NCBI RefSeq assembly: GCF_009914755.1
Contig: NC_060944.1
Length of the DNA stretch: 64,000 bases
Direction: 5' to 3' (one strand)
Origin: the human T2T-CHM13v2.0 reference genome, Homo sapiens
The stretch's first letter is position 1; the number at the start of each line of letters is the position of its first letter. The notes under the pieces are model-generated. The model searched no databases and was not told the DNA's origin. It saw only the letters and a list, made by a program, of their open reading frames with translations. The position numbers and the translations under genes were made by a program. Shown one piece after another: positions 39,390 to 53,940 of this stretch.

Positions 39390-40499
39390 ACATTTCAGGA
39401 CCACAGTGAAAAAAAGTTTGCTTGGCTTTTTACCTGCTTGTCAAAATTTCCCTATACATAAATTATCAGTAACATATAGGCACACACACCTTCTCTCAGT
39501 GTGATAGTTATCCAATACCTATCCAGCACTTTGCTAGACAATCTAGGGGCTATGAACAAAATAAAAACTGGGGTCTCCCTAACACAGTCTAAGGTGTCAG
39601 TGTGGAAACAAGATATACACAAAGGGCAATGAAATAAAACCATATCAAAGCACGAGAAACAGAACCTACCAGAGGACACTGTTACTTAGCCTTTGAGGGC
39701 TCACAGCCTTCTCTGAAATCTGACAAAAGATGAAGAGGTTGGAGCCATGTTACTACTGGACTTTACCTTAAGGGTAATCGGGGGGAGCTGCAAAAGGCTC
39801 AGAGTAGGGCAAGAGATAAGGCATATCCAAGTCTCCTAGGTAATGATCAGCTTTGGGGTGTGCTACTGCTAACGTCTCAGGATATAGAGCCAGAAGCATT
39901 TGCCTAGAGCAAACACTGTGACCGAACATGTGGCATCAAACTTCTTATAGGCCTGCGTGATGGGAAGTAGAAGAGATGTAGAAGATAGGGTAATTAATTC
40001 AACAGCTCATATTCATTTGCATGACTGTGGTGGTAGTTCAAAAAACAACAACAACAAAAAACAAAAAAACTGGCCTGTACCCAGTACTTCAGATAAATAC
40101 CTGTTGAAAATTTTTTAAATCGAGTAAAAAAGGACAAAAGGTCTGCAAACCTCATTTTCTAAAAAACAAACACAAAAGCAACCTTGTATGCATCCTTGCA
40201 TGTTCATTGTACTCTCACCAATGATCTTGGGGTGTCATGACCCAGAATCACTAACGTAAGGATACCTGGTCTACCACTCTGTTTTTAAAAGACAGGTCAG
40301 AGTAATGGATATATTACCTCCCACATGCGCTACCATGCCTGACTAATTTTGTATTTTTAGTAGAGACGGGGTTTTTCCATGTTGGTCAGGCTGGTCTCGA
40401 ACTCCCGACCTCAGGTGATCCGCTGGCCTCAGCTTCCCAAAGTGCTGGGATTACAGGTGTGAGCCACCGTGCTCGGCCGACGATCCTCTTAAAGGTAAA

Positions 40500-41022
40500 C
40501 TAGGTGCCCTCGCTCTCCTACCAGAAGCCTACTCTTGGCCTCCCGTTGCACCCGCAATCCACCCAAACTTGTCACCTGGCCGAGAGAGCCCCACCTGCTT
40601 CGCCAACATCATTTTGTGCCACTCTGCCTTGCTCCCCCATCCTCCTCCAGCTACACCAGTCCTTCTCTAAGTTTCTGAAGAGGCATCCTTACATCCCGCC
40701 TTTGTATTTGTGAGTCCCTCACCCTGGAATTCTCTGTCCCAGAGCTGTGAATGGCTGACTGGTTCCCTTGTCCTCAACCAAGGGTCTAACTGTCCATTCC
40801 CTTATCTTGCCTTATTTTTCTTCATAGTACTCATTGCCACTCGACATTGTAAATATATTCATTTTCACTTTATTGGTTGTTTCTTGTCTGTCTCCCATCT
40901 GAACATAAGCTCCATGAGAGTAAAACTTTATCTGTTTTGTTCACTGCTGAATCTCCAATGTGTCAGGGTGTTTTGCCCTCTAGAGTAAGCACCCAAATAC
41001 TTATTGAAAGAATTAATGAATG
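40500..41022 (+). mobile_element. L2 3' fragment
   Basis: ctccagctacaccagtcctt...aacataagctccatgag...ttttgttcactgctg...aaatacttattgaaagaattaatgaatga. Confidence 0.65.
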
Positions 41023-41210
41023 ACTAGGTATTAGCTAGGAACAGTATTTCAGAATGAACAACGCTCAATGTCACAAAATTCTAATCTGGTTTATTTTTGA
41101 AAATACAAGAGAGAAACATTCACAGCACCATTATCTGGGAGTCTAACATTATAAGGATTATTAAAGGGGCTTAGTATGAATTTTAAAGCCTAAGAACAGT
41201 TATATATTAA

Positions 41211-41429
<219 letters not shown>

Positions 41430-41851
41430 TGATCTGCCCGCCTTGGCCTCCCAAGGTGCTGGGATTACAGGCATCAGCCATTGCACCCGGCCTGACTATA
41501 ATAATTTTAAAAGCTATAAAGCTTAATTAGAAGCCAGGCAGTCAGGAGAGGCCCTCTCAGAGACCCCGGTCCCGGTCCCAAACACCTTTACTTCCACACA
41601 GGCATGTGTGGTATGTTTTCTTTACATTTGATTTTCTTCCTTTTTTATTGTCTGACTCACTCTCTAAGTTTCTCAAGTCAGAGCTGTGACTCATTCAATC
41701 CCGCCTCCCCAGAATCTGGTATGCTGTCTGGCATATAATGATACTCAATATCAATAAATGTTTGCTGGTTGAAGAAATGGCAGTATCAGGCCAGGCGTGG
41801 TGGCTCATGCCTGTAATCCCAGCACTTTGGAAGGCTGAGACAGGCGGATCA

Positions 41852-42151
<300 letters not shown>

Positions 42152-42504
42152 TTAACATACCTGGCTGGGCGCGGTGGCTCACGCCTATAATCCCAGCACT
42201 TTGGGAGGCCGAGGCGGGCGGATCACGAGGTCAGGAGATCGAGACCATCCTGGCTAACACGGTGAAACCCCGTCTCTACTAAAAATACAAAAAATTAGCC
42301 GGGCAAGGTGGCGGCTGCCTGTAGTCCCAGCTACTCGGGAGGCTGAGGCAAGAGAATGGCGTGAACCCCAGGGGGCGGAGCCTGCAGTGAGCCGAGATTG
42401 CGCCACTGCACTCCAGCCAGGGCGACAGTGAGACTCTGGCACAAAAAAAAAAAAAAAAAAAAAAAAATTAACATACCTAAGGTTTTTTATTTTGAGATAA
42501 GTAA

Positions 42505-42835
<331 letters not shown>

Positions 42836-44513
42836 TGAGAATTTTAGGAAAACTTACCATTTTTTTTAAAATAAGGGAAAACTGGTTTCTCACCCAAATC
42901 ACATAAGTCAAAGAATTCTTCACTATAAAATGAACTTTGTTTCATAAAGTATGTATGAAAGCAAGTTACTAATATTTCAAACCATTTAAAAACTGCATAC
43001 AAAGTTACATCAATATTTTCTACAAAACAAAAGAGCATTTAATTCCAAATGGCCTAATCACACCCTAGTTATAGAATTCAGGGTCTACTCCAGGGACATA
43101 AGTCCAAATATGGTTGGAATTCAGAGATCCTGCAGACTTCAGGATGTATCAGTGACAAGCGAAAAGCTCATCCTATCCTAAATAGAGTTTAAATTCAAAA
43201 TCACGGTACATTAAACAAAACATTTTAGTGAATATATTAAAAAATTAAACGTACATATGCCAAAGAACAGAAGCACAACAGATGAGAAAACCCAAGAATA
43301 CTCTAACATATGTTTTGGTCCTCTAGCACTTTAATCAATTGAATCAACATAAAATTTTAGGATTCCCAATATTTCTGTGTGAATCTGACACCAAAAAGGC
43401 AGCTGGAGAAACAGCATCAAGTGACAATATGGAAGACATAAAAATGGACTCTTACAGGCCAGGCGCAGTGGCTCACACCTGTAATCTCAGCACTTTGAGA
43501 GGCCGAGGTGGGAGTTTGAGACCAGCCTGGCCAACATGGTGAAACCCCATCTCTATTAAAAATACAAAAATTAGCCAGTTGTGGTGGCACATGCCTGCAA
43601 TCCCAGCTAATTGGGAGGCTGAGGCATGACAATCATTTGAACCCGGGAGGTGGAGGTTTCAGTGAGCTGCGATCATGCCACTGCAGCCCAGCCTGGGCAA
43701 CAGAGACTCGTCAAAAAAAACAAAAAACAAAAAAACAAAAAAACAAAAAACAAACAAACAAAAGGACTCTTATAATCTTGCAAAACCAAGAGAACTACAG
43801 GCTCTATAATAGCTAGGAAGTACACTAGGAAAATCTATAGCTAATGATAAGTATAATCAAATAGACTATGACTATTAAAAAGTGAATTATGAAAATGCTA
43901 AAAAAAAAAACTTCATCAAGGTGCTAAAATATCACAGTAATCCAAGACTTTTTGAAGAAAATATTTGTTCCTATTATTTCAGAATTATTCTTTCCAGAAG
44001 GCTTTTTCCTGGACCTGTGTCAGTATCAAAAGTCAGCCGGTTATTCTCTTAGCTAAATATAAACTGAAAAGACAGCAGTTGCAGGATATTACAAAGAAAA
44101 TATGGCAACCAGGTTGAAAAAGCATGAATATTTGATAGAGCTTTACACCATGCCACAGTAAAACATTTAATGCAGTAATCTGAAACACAGCAACATATTA
44201 AAATATTTGTGGTACAAAAAGGATTCTGAAGTCGTTTAAAACATCTTTTGGGAAAATCATGGCCACCAAGCAGCAGCTACCACAGCATGTCAATCTTGGA
44301 AAACCCTGGCCTAGGTCTTGAATTAAAATGGTAGAGCTGGCTGGGCGTGGTGGCTCACACCTGTAATCCCAACACTTTGGGAGGCAGAGATGGGTGGATC
44401 ACCTGAGGTCGGGAGTTCGAGAACAGCCTGACCAAGATGGAGAAACCCCGTCTCCACTAAAAATACAAAATTAGCTGGGTGTGGTGGCGCATGCCTGTAA
44501 TCCGAGCTACTCA

Positions 44514-44624
<111 letters not shown>

Positions 44625-44961
44625 TCAAAACCAAAAACCACAACAACAACAACAACAACAACAAAAAAAAAAAAAACAAAAAAAAGGTAGAACCTCAGAG
44701 GTTTCTCCTGAAAAGAAAGCTGCTAGTTAAAAATGGTTTGGTTGCCCATTCAGGGAAGACAGTGAACTGAGCTAGGAATCTGATGCTGCTCCCACTTCAG
44801 AAAATGAGGAGGTATGGAAGGTGATGCACTGGGATTCAACGTCCCTGAAAACTGGACATAGAGCCATAAGCAAGTAACTTTTATTTCTGAGCAACCGCCC
44901 AAGTGTAGTCTGGCTGTCTAGTTAGCCTGCCCAGGAGATCTGTTCTTCTCCTTCTCTAGAG

Positions 44962-45124
44962 CAATGGTTCTCCAAGTTAGTCCCCAGACCTCATCGCAAA
45001 CTCGCTAGAAATGTACATTCTCAGGTCTTCAGCCCAGAATTCCTGAATCTGAAACTCCAAGGTTGGGCCTAAGAATCTGACAAGCCCTCCAGGACTCTGA
45101 GGTATACTAGTTTGAGATCCATTG
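44962..45124 (+). mobile_element. MER5A-like hAT MITE
   Basis: caatggttctccaa...tagaaatgtacattctcagg...gaatctgaaactc...acaagccctccagg...tttgagatccattg, with TSD-like ctctag flanks. Confidence 0.7.
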
Positions 45125-48100
45125 CTCTAGGGGAATTCTAGGGAAAGAATTAGTAGCAAGCTGTCATTCTTTACAGTCCAGCCACGTGACAACAGCTAGT
45201 GACAGAATGCAAGACCCTGTGTTCTGCTGCTAGGGTCAGTGACCAAGACCAAGCATCAGATTTTCTTTGACAAAGGGGGAAACAAGATGTGGGAAATGAG
45301 TCAGGACAACTGGAGAAGGGGAGGATGGTTAATTCTACGATCAAGTACCTCTATAAATACCACCAAATAAGGATAAGAGTTTCAGTTTTTTGAAAGGCTG
45401 AATAGCCACTTTTGCTTCTGCCCTATCGGATACATTGTTTCTCCACAAATTGTCAAATGTATCCATTTGGCTACATCAAAGAGATTCTGAATTAACTCAC
45501 TGCAACATTCACAAATATTTACTGAGTACCTACTATTTTGTCCAGAACTGTGCTGGTGCTAGGGACACAACAGAAGTTGAGATAGAATCTTGCCCTAGTG
45601 AAAAGGCATAGAAAATATGCAACGAAACAACACTTCAGGTAAGGTTAAGTGCTTTAGAGAAACAGAACAAAACAAGAAGCTGTGACAATGACTAAAAAAC
45701 TATTGAATGGAGTGCTCAGGGACGGCCTTTCTGGGTAGCTGCGACCTGAAGAACAGCAGTCAGGCCCATGAAGATCTGGGGACAGAGCAAGATCAGAGGT
45801 GTGTGACACCACATGAAGTCAAGGCGGCAGGGCCTTGTGGGCCATGGAAAAGGGATGGGTTATTCTGTAATAAGAGCAGTGGGAAGGGCTTGCTGAAGGG
45901 GAGTGGCAGTTTCTATTTTACGTCTGTGAAAGATCATTCTGTCTCCTGTATAGAAAATGGAAAGGGCAAGACTGAAAGCAAGAGGCTTTTTCCATCTTCC
46001 AGGCAAGAGAAAGACGGTTCTGGTTAGATTAGGATGACAAGAGTGGAGACAGAAAGGAGGATTTGGCATTTAGTTTGGGGTTACACCTACTGGACTTGTG
46101 ACAGGGTGGATGTGAAGATGAGGAAAGACTACTACTTGAGAGGTCACTGCCATCTACCCATGAATAAGCTAATCAGCCAAGGCAGAAATAACAGACATGC
46201 CAATGGCTGAAGATGCTTGCGAGGCCTACCTCAGAGAATAAGAAATGGGGGCTGGAAGAACGATCATCCGGCCAAGAGCACGTGTCCTGAAGCAACACCA
46301 TCCCAGAGCACCCAGGCTCTGCACCTCAGGCTAGTCACTCCTCTCCTGGCCTGTTTCCTCACCTTCACAATCGATACCTGCCTCAATGGGCTGTTGTGAC
46401 AAGTGAGATAATGTAGTTAATACAGTGTCTAGCACTTAGTAAACCCAAGAGTGCAACTTAAAAAGAAGTCTGATGGCTTGCATGTAAATAAGGATGAGGA
46501 ACTACTTTGTACATGCCATGATGGGGCTCCAAGCCCAAGAGGTGTGAGTTATTCAGTATAAAATATAAGCAAGAGCTTCCTGAAAAAAGGACCTCACTCT
46601 CCTTGGACAGCACATAACCCAGAAGAGGACAAACAGTGGCCAGAGATGCTATAAAAAGGGTTCCTGAAACGGGTAGCAGTAGACACTTCTTACTAAAGCC
46701 CTTTCTCTCTCCAAGATTAAACACTCCAAGACTTAGGAAGAACATATCCCTAAATCCATGCCTTTTCCATTTCCTGCAGGCTGGTGAGGGAACAGGAGTT
46801 AAAAATGCCTGGGCTCTAGTCCGAGCATCACCAGTCTCCCTTGGCTTTTGGCTCCTCCCTCAGTAATGTGGGTGGATACTGCCCCTGGCTGGTGACCAGG
46901 CTGTGGAGAGTTAGATGAGACAACATCACAGGTAAGTCGAAGTCTATGGGACACTCTAAAGCACTATCCACAATACAACAGTAATAGTATTCAAACATTT
47001 ACTTTGCCAAATGTGCTGCTCTGAACTTCACTGTGCCCCTTCAAAATTAAGCAGAGGATTCCTGACTTCATATTTTGTATTCTACTTTTACCAAATTACT
47101 GCAGAGCTACAATTTGTGGGGAGGTGGGAGGGATAGAGATATGAAGAGAAAAGAGAATGTGGTGGGGGAAATAGAGTGGTTTTCAGTTAACATGAAGGGG
47201 GAAAATCATGATCATCAAAATTAACCTTGGTAATCCCTTAAGAAAATAATAGCTTGCAGCCCGGCACGGTGACTTACGCCTGTAATCCCAGGACTTTGGG
47301 AGGCTGAGACGGGCGGATCATGAGGTCAGGAGTTTGAGACCAGACTGACCAACATGGTGAAACCCTGTCTCTACTAAAAATACAAAAATTAGCCAGGCGT
47401 GGTGGCGCGTGCCTGTGATCCCAGCTACTCAGGAGGCTGAGGCAGGAGAATCGCTTGAACCTGGGAAGCAGAGGTTACAGTGAGCCAAGATCACGCCACT
47501 GCACTCCAGCCAGGTGACAGGGCGAAACTCCGTCTCAAAAAAAAAAAAAAAAAAAGCTTGCACTAGCCCAACAAAGCCAGTTTCCCCTCCATCACTGGAG
47601 CAGGCTGCTATTTCTTTGGCTGAGCACAATATGAAGCTGTTCTTTGAATGTAGGGCCCATGTTGTACAAAAGGCACTTAATTACAATTGGCATAAGATGC
47701 TCACACAGTGAGACATACAGGAACTGAGAAGAACTAAGGGACTGTGAGTTTTCATCCATTTCCAGCTCTCTCTGGGGAAGACTCCTGAATGGAAGGGAAG
47801 ACTAATCTCTGCTGCCCACATGGTTAAGTTTTTATAAGCTGAATGTGCATATGAGGCCACTCCGATGTATGCAAATTTAAAATCATGCCCCACCAGGGCT
47901 TACCCCTCTGGCACTCATTTTCTGATTAAATGTCAGGGAAGCTCGTGGGCTGCTGAGTGAGAGGAAGGGCCTGGCAACCAAGGGCCACTATTTGATGTGC
48001 TGCAATCCTGGCCAAGGCAGGAGGAAGTCACCCGTCATAACATGGGGATTCTGAGGATCTGTGGTGGGCTTTTCACAGTTCCACCCTCTAAGACATATGT

Positions 48101-50479
48101 AGATATCACACATTGCAGAACCAAAGGAAGTGGGAAGGTGGTGTAGCCAAATGCTGAAAGCAGTGACCATAAAAAACTAAGTTCAGCCCTTACAGGAACT
48201 CAAAGGCTTCACAGCTGTTTCCTGGCAACCGGAGGCACAGATTAATCAAGAGCCTCACTCTAAACCTGACTAAGGAAGGCCTCTGGGCCCTGACCACACC
48301 TGGAAGACTTCTCAGGGTTAGAAAGCAGAGAGGCCTGTACACTCATTTTAGTTTACCCCAAGTAAGGTCTGCTTTACTCTTAGCACCCTGCACTCTTTTC
48401 ACTGCCTAGGGACGAAGGTCAGATCTTATCATACTCCTCTTTTTAAGACTCTTATTCATTCATTCAACAAATATTTACTGAATGCCTACTTCATACCAGA
48501 CACTTGTTTGATGGCTTCCCCTCATACCATCTCAAATCCAAAGCCATGTCTCTCCAACTCATCTCCTTAACAAGCCTTGCTTGCACATGAAGGCCTTTTA
48601 TCCTGTTATTTCAACATGCCAAGCAGAGTCCCACCACAGGGCCTTTGCACTAACAGCCCACTCTCTCTCCTGCCTGTGACACTGTAGGGTTAGCTCTTTC
48701 CATTATTTGACTCAGCTGAAATGTCACTTTCCTGACCACCTCTCCAGACACTATCACATCACACAATTTCCTCCATAGCACTTACTGCTATCTGAAATTG
48801 TCTTATTTACTCCTTAACAGCCTTCTCTCCCTGACTTGAATGGAAGCTCCTGAAGGATACAGACTATGTCCATTTTGTTTGCTATCCACGATGGGACATA
48901 ATAGGCCCTCAGTAAATATCTGTTGAATAAACAGACAAAAGAATTTTGGGAAGTCCATTTTAGGGCACCTCAAAGCCTGTCCTATGTTATCTAAACCATG
49001 CCAAGTGCTCTTGTATTCCACTAGACAGCAGCTGACATTTTATCTGATCACCATAGCCATTTATGAAGCACTCACTTTTTAACTGTCAGGGTCTGGAGAA
49101 GTTAGAACCGGGCAGCTGTTAACCCAGATTGTAGGTAGCCAACCGAGTGACTGCAAGCAGGGCTGAGCTGCAACAGCACCTTATTGCTGGCTACCACCAG
49201 CACACTGGGCCCCTTCGTTTATTACGACCCGGTAGGAGTGTTATTCTGGTGAGAAGTTTTACCCAGCAGTCTGGCCTGACTCAGAATCTCTCTTCTGGGA
49301 GTGCCTGGGGCAGCGTCATGGTAAATGAATTGACTCAGCACTGTTCCAGCTGAAACCAAAATCGAGTAAAAGGATTCATGGTCTCCGCTATTCTGCAAGA
49401 AGACCCCACTGTTTTAAACTCAAAAGGCAGCAGCTTGTGGTGGGTCACTTCAGTCAGATCCCCCACATTCAATTTCTTTTATTCCCACCCCAACCATCAG
49501 GCAAGTATGGCTCCTTGAGACCGCAGAGTAGCAACATTTATAAAGAATTCCCCTCACCCTATTTCCCATGGATCACCAATTCCTTCCCAACACTGCCGCT
49601 GCTGTGGCCTTAAATATGCCAATGATTGCTGTACTCAGGCTGGTGTCCCTGCAGCCCCACAGTGGGGAACACTGTGGCCCTGTTTGCTTCCTCCATCAGA
49701 GAGGTAACCCATTTTCACCCCATCTGAGAGAACCTCCTTGGCCAACTTCACTGCCAGGCACCTGAGGGTGCAGCCTCACCCAAGAGTTCCCATTTCATCT
49801 ATTCACCTCCCTACTCCCATCAGCCAGTGGGGAACTTCTGAGCTGAACCCACATATCTGTCCCAATTATTAAAGGAGTCGATGAGAGTGAGCGTCTCCAC
49901 AGAAGAGACACTTCTAGGATATGCTTCCCTCACTCAATTCAAAAAGAGGAGACTTTTCTCCTTTACAGGAAACATCTCCGGAACCCGACCTTTTCCACTC
50001 CCTCATTTCAGGGGCTTCCCTCAGTTGAATCCCCACTCCCAAAGAGACATCCTCGGGGCTCCCAATTCATCTGTTCTCCCTCATCCAATATCAGAGGCTT
50101 CCACCAACTGCCCCACTCGGACCTTGTCCCCTGAAACCTAACTTGAAGCAATCCATCTGTATCCTCGAACAGGAGACTGGTAATGATGGGGTCATTTCAC
50201 TATCACCGCTATTAGGTCCCTCTGGCATCTGAATCCTTTTCCCTCCTCTCACTTATCATGCGGAGACCCCCTTCATTCTCCCCAAAAGCAGCTGCTCCAA
50301 GGCTCCTCCTTTCTAGTCAACATAGCTATTTCCTCAGCTAACCCCATCTCTAAAACTAACGCCGGAGCCGTTCCCTCAACCGATAGGGGATCCTCTCAAG
50401 TCACCCCCTCAGGATCCCGTTTCTTCCATCCAGCCTGAAGGGCTTCTCTGATGTCCCCTCCAGACATCCCAAGGCCCCT

Positions 50480-51150
50480 CTCAGCCGCACCCCTGGCACC
50501 CAGTATGGGACTTCCATCCGCTGTGGGGCGCCTCCTCTAGGGGACCTCTAGATCGCCCCTTAAGAGTCGCCAGCCCCGGTATCCTCAGGAGTGCCTCGGA
50601 GCTCGCTCCTCGCCCACTCCGGCTCCCCCAGACAGCACAGAGGGCCCTCACGCCTCCCGGGGGAGCCTCAGGGCCTCGCCGCGCCGCCCACAGGCCCCTC
50701 AGCCCCCCGCCCGTGCTTCCGGCCACCGCCTGCTCCTCCTCCCCCGGTCAGGCCGCGCCGGTGGCTGCCGCGGAGCCCAGCAGACAGAGGCGGCGCGGGG
50801 ACCCTGGCTCCGCTGCAGGAGGCTTTGAGGGTCCCCGGCCCCCGGCCCAAGCCCATGCCCCCTCGGCCGGCCGGGCCCGGCGCCCCCGCTCACCCGAGCC
50901 CGTGGTGGCTGCCATCTTGCGTCGCTGTTGCTTGAAGGCCGGCCCCTTCTTCACCCCCCCCTTACCCGTCCCCCGGCCCTGATGCGCAGGCGCGCGCGCA
51001 CGCACATACGCCGCCGCTGACGCCCGCCCCGGAGACCTGCACGACCCGTGGCCTGGAAGGCTCTTTTCCTTCCCTTTTAGAGAAAGGAAATATCTGCGTG
51101 CTCGAGGGCCCAGCAACCTGCAAGTCCCCACACATCGGGTGCGAGGGAGG
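50480..51150. promoter_or_regulatory. CpG island / main UBE2V1 promoter
   Basis: Very high GC and CpG content. NRF1-like TGCGCAGGCGCG (~50983), GC box CCGCCCC (~51024), CRE half-site TGACG (~51018), and YY1-like CAAGATGGC overlapping the ATG. Confidence 0.92.
50894..50915 (-). CDS. UBE2V1: UBE2V1 exon 1 (UEV1A isoform) coding part, MAATTGS-G
   Basis: Minus strand reads CAAG ATG GCA GCC ACC ACG GGC TCG G|GTGAGC: strong Kozak context and a phase-1 GT donor at 50893, inside a CpG island. Joins exon 2 in frame to give the 147-aa UEV1A. Confidence 0.97.
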
Positions 51151-51552
51151 TTGTGATGTGCTTAGTGAGAAGGGCAGGGGTGACTAGGCTTGGGAAGGCG
51201 CGATTGTGAAAGAAAAAGAAAATATAGCTTCAAACAAAAGCGCCGAATTCGCTTGGGGCTTTTTCCTGTCTAGTTCCTATTTAGATCCTCACCACATCTC
51301 CGCAAGGTCAGAATTAATGTGAAAAATGCAGCCGAGAGAGATCAAGCGATTTATCTAAACTCAGCTGTTAAGTGGCAGAGACAGGCAGAATTTTAACCTC
51401 CAGGTTCAAATTTTTTGAATCATCACCCTCCAGGTCAGATGATCTGGCTCCTAGGATTGATGCTCCCCGGCCAGAGAAGGCTTGGAGTGGGTGCAGCTAA
51501 ATGATTTAGGGGCATTAAGGTGGCAGGGAAAGCATTTGCTAACCATCTACCC

Positions 51553-51880
51553 AATTCATTCATTCATTCATTCATTCATTCATTCGTTCATTCATTCATT
51601 CAACCAAACAAACATTAAGCACCTACTATGTACCAGACACTGTGCTAGGCGCTGGGGATGGATAGACATCTCTGAAGAAGCAAATCCCTGCTTTCAGGGA
51701 CTTACATTCTAGTCGTAGACAGCAAGTAAATAAACAGGAAACTATAATTCTGATAGGGTAGAGATAAACCAAGACAAGAGCAGCAGAGGATGGTCAGGAA
51801 GGGCCTCCTAAGGTGGTCATATTTCAGCAGAGACCGTAACAATGAGGAGGTAGAGGGAACAGCTTGTGCAAAGGCCCTTG
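51553..51880 (-). mobile_element. L2 3' end with (TTCA)n tail
   Basis: About 12 TTCA units followed by aagcacctactatgtaccagacactgtgctaggcgctgggga. Confidence 0.75.
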
Positions 51881-52569
51881 GGAAATATTTTTGCAAATAA
51901 ATAAACCCAAGAAGGTACTCCTCCTTTATTATAAATTGTCTGAGAAGCCCTTATATGGATGTAGACACTGAGGCTGAGAGAGGTGAAGGGACTGGCTTAA
52001 GGTCACAGAGCAAAATACTGGCAGAAGGACCAGGACTCTAAACATAGAGGGACAAGGAAGCTGGAAGCCCTCACCCAGCACATCCAATTCATCACCTTTG
52101 TCTGATAGCAGTGCCTACTCTGCATCTCTCCACTCCGTTCACTTCTCCACTCAGGGCAAGCTGCCTTTATCTCCCACTTGGAAGACCCCAGCAGCTTCCA
52201 TTCTCTCCCCTATGGCCCATTCTCCATATAGACCAACATCTGCTCAAAACACCCTCCAGCTAAAGCCTTCAGTGGCTCCCCATTCCCTCTGGATAAAATA
52301 CAAACTTTACAAGTTGAGCGACCATAGAATTATCACCTAATGAGGACACACATCAGATTAAAAGGGGACTTATTATAATCTCACCAGGACAAGTGGAAAC
52401 CAGGGCTCTCCAGGGCAAAGCAGGATGCCTGGACACCCTGTGCACCAGGCTCTGCACCCAGGGCAGGGACGAGGATGGGGTGGTCAGATTTAACGGGGCT
52501 TTCACTCAGGTCCTGACTCCGCACTTGCACAGCGCTGCAGGTGAGTGACTCCTTAAAATCTGCACCCTA

Positions 52570-52995
<426 letters not shown>

Positions 52996-53271
52996 TCAGG
53001 GGCTTTGCCTGTGCTGTTCCCACTCTTCAGTTCTCAGATCCAGCACCATCCCCTCAGGGAAGCCTTCCTCGATTCCTCCAACCACATCAAATTCAGCTAT
53101 AATTAGCTCTCAAAGTGCCAGCACTGGCTACAGGTGAAGCAACTTGACTTTTCGTGTATCACGTGATACAAGTTTGCTTTGGGGAGCACAGAAAATACTT
53201 GCCCTGGACTTGGGGTCACTGTAAAGCATCAGTAGCAAGTGGAAGCATTTGGGTTCCTAAGGTGGACTCAC

Positions 53272-53362
53272 CTTTGCAGTGAAATTTTCTAGGTTCAAGT
53301 CTTCCTTCATCACTCAGTTTGCTTTGTGACTTCAGGTAAGACGCTTGAACCTCTCCTGGCAT
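53272..53362 (-). CDS. UBE2V1: Alternative upstream UBE2V1 coding exon: MPGEVQASYLKSQSKLSDEGRLEPRKFHCK-G (170-aa isoform when joined to exon 2)
   Basis: ATG at 53360-53362, 91-nt open frame, donor AAG|GTGAGT at 53271 in phase 1, matching the exon 2 acceptor. N-terminus recalled as a described UBE2V1 isoform. Confidence 0.85.
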
Positions 53363-53425
53363 CAGTTTCCCCTTCTATGAGGATAGTAGTATCAACCTCA
53401 TAGGATTGCTGTGGAGATAAAATGC
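53285..53425 (+). mobile_element. MIR core fragment hosting the alternative UBE2V1 exon in antisense
   Basis: Colinear with MIR consensus: ggttcaa...tgtgac(c)tt..gg.aag..(a)ctt.aacctctc...cagtttcc.c.tct...ggata.ta.ta...acctcatagg.ttg.tgtg..gat.aaatg. Confidence 0.8.
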
Positions 53426-53599
53426 TTTCCTAAAACCCCTTGGGCACAGGGAAGAGGAAGGGACACTAGAAGAGCTCATAATTACCAAGCCGTTACATCC
53501 AACTTTTAATCCTCACAACTCGATGCAGCAACTCCTGTGAATATCCCCATTTTTAGAGATGAGAAAACTGAGACTCAGAGCTAACAGGTGGAGAGGATG

Positions 53600-53940
53600 A
53601 GGATTAAAACACAAGCCTTTTATCTATGGTGCCCGTAAATGTTTACTCGCATGGATTCCTTGGCTCTTGTAGGAAACTTCTTGCAAGTAAAATTGACAAT
53701 AATAATTCCCGTGCCGAGCTCATCGCAGGAAGAGGTTAGGCGGGACAGCCCGAGGCATGCTGGTTGTTGTAGTCTAGCGTTGGCGCAGTGCCTGATGGGA
53801 GTTGTAGTACGTCCCGCGCACACGCTCCCTCGAAGAGTTTCTGCCCCATTCCTGGACGTCACAGCCGGTCCCCAGAGCAGGATTCCTTCCGGCGCCTGCG
53901 CCTGATCACCGCTCTGCGCTTGAGCTGATAAACTCAGCTG
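53600..53940 (-). promoter_or_regulatory. Second CpG-rich promoter upstream of the MIR-derived exon, with ZNF143/THAP11-type ACTACAnnTCCCA motifs
   Basis: Local CpG cluster. Minus strand ACTACAACTCCCATCAGGCAC at 53788-53808 and degenerate ACTACAACAACCAGCATGC at 53755-53773; GACGTCA (~53855); NRF1-like GCGCCTGCGC (~53892). Confidence 0.7.

Noticed and set aside
50481-51131. Overlapping Pro/Arg/Gly-rich ORFs at the CpG island
   Set aside because: Stop-poor GC-rich DNA. Only the 22-nt MAATTGSG segment is supported by splice signals.
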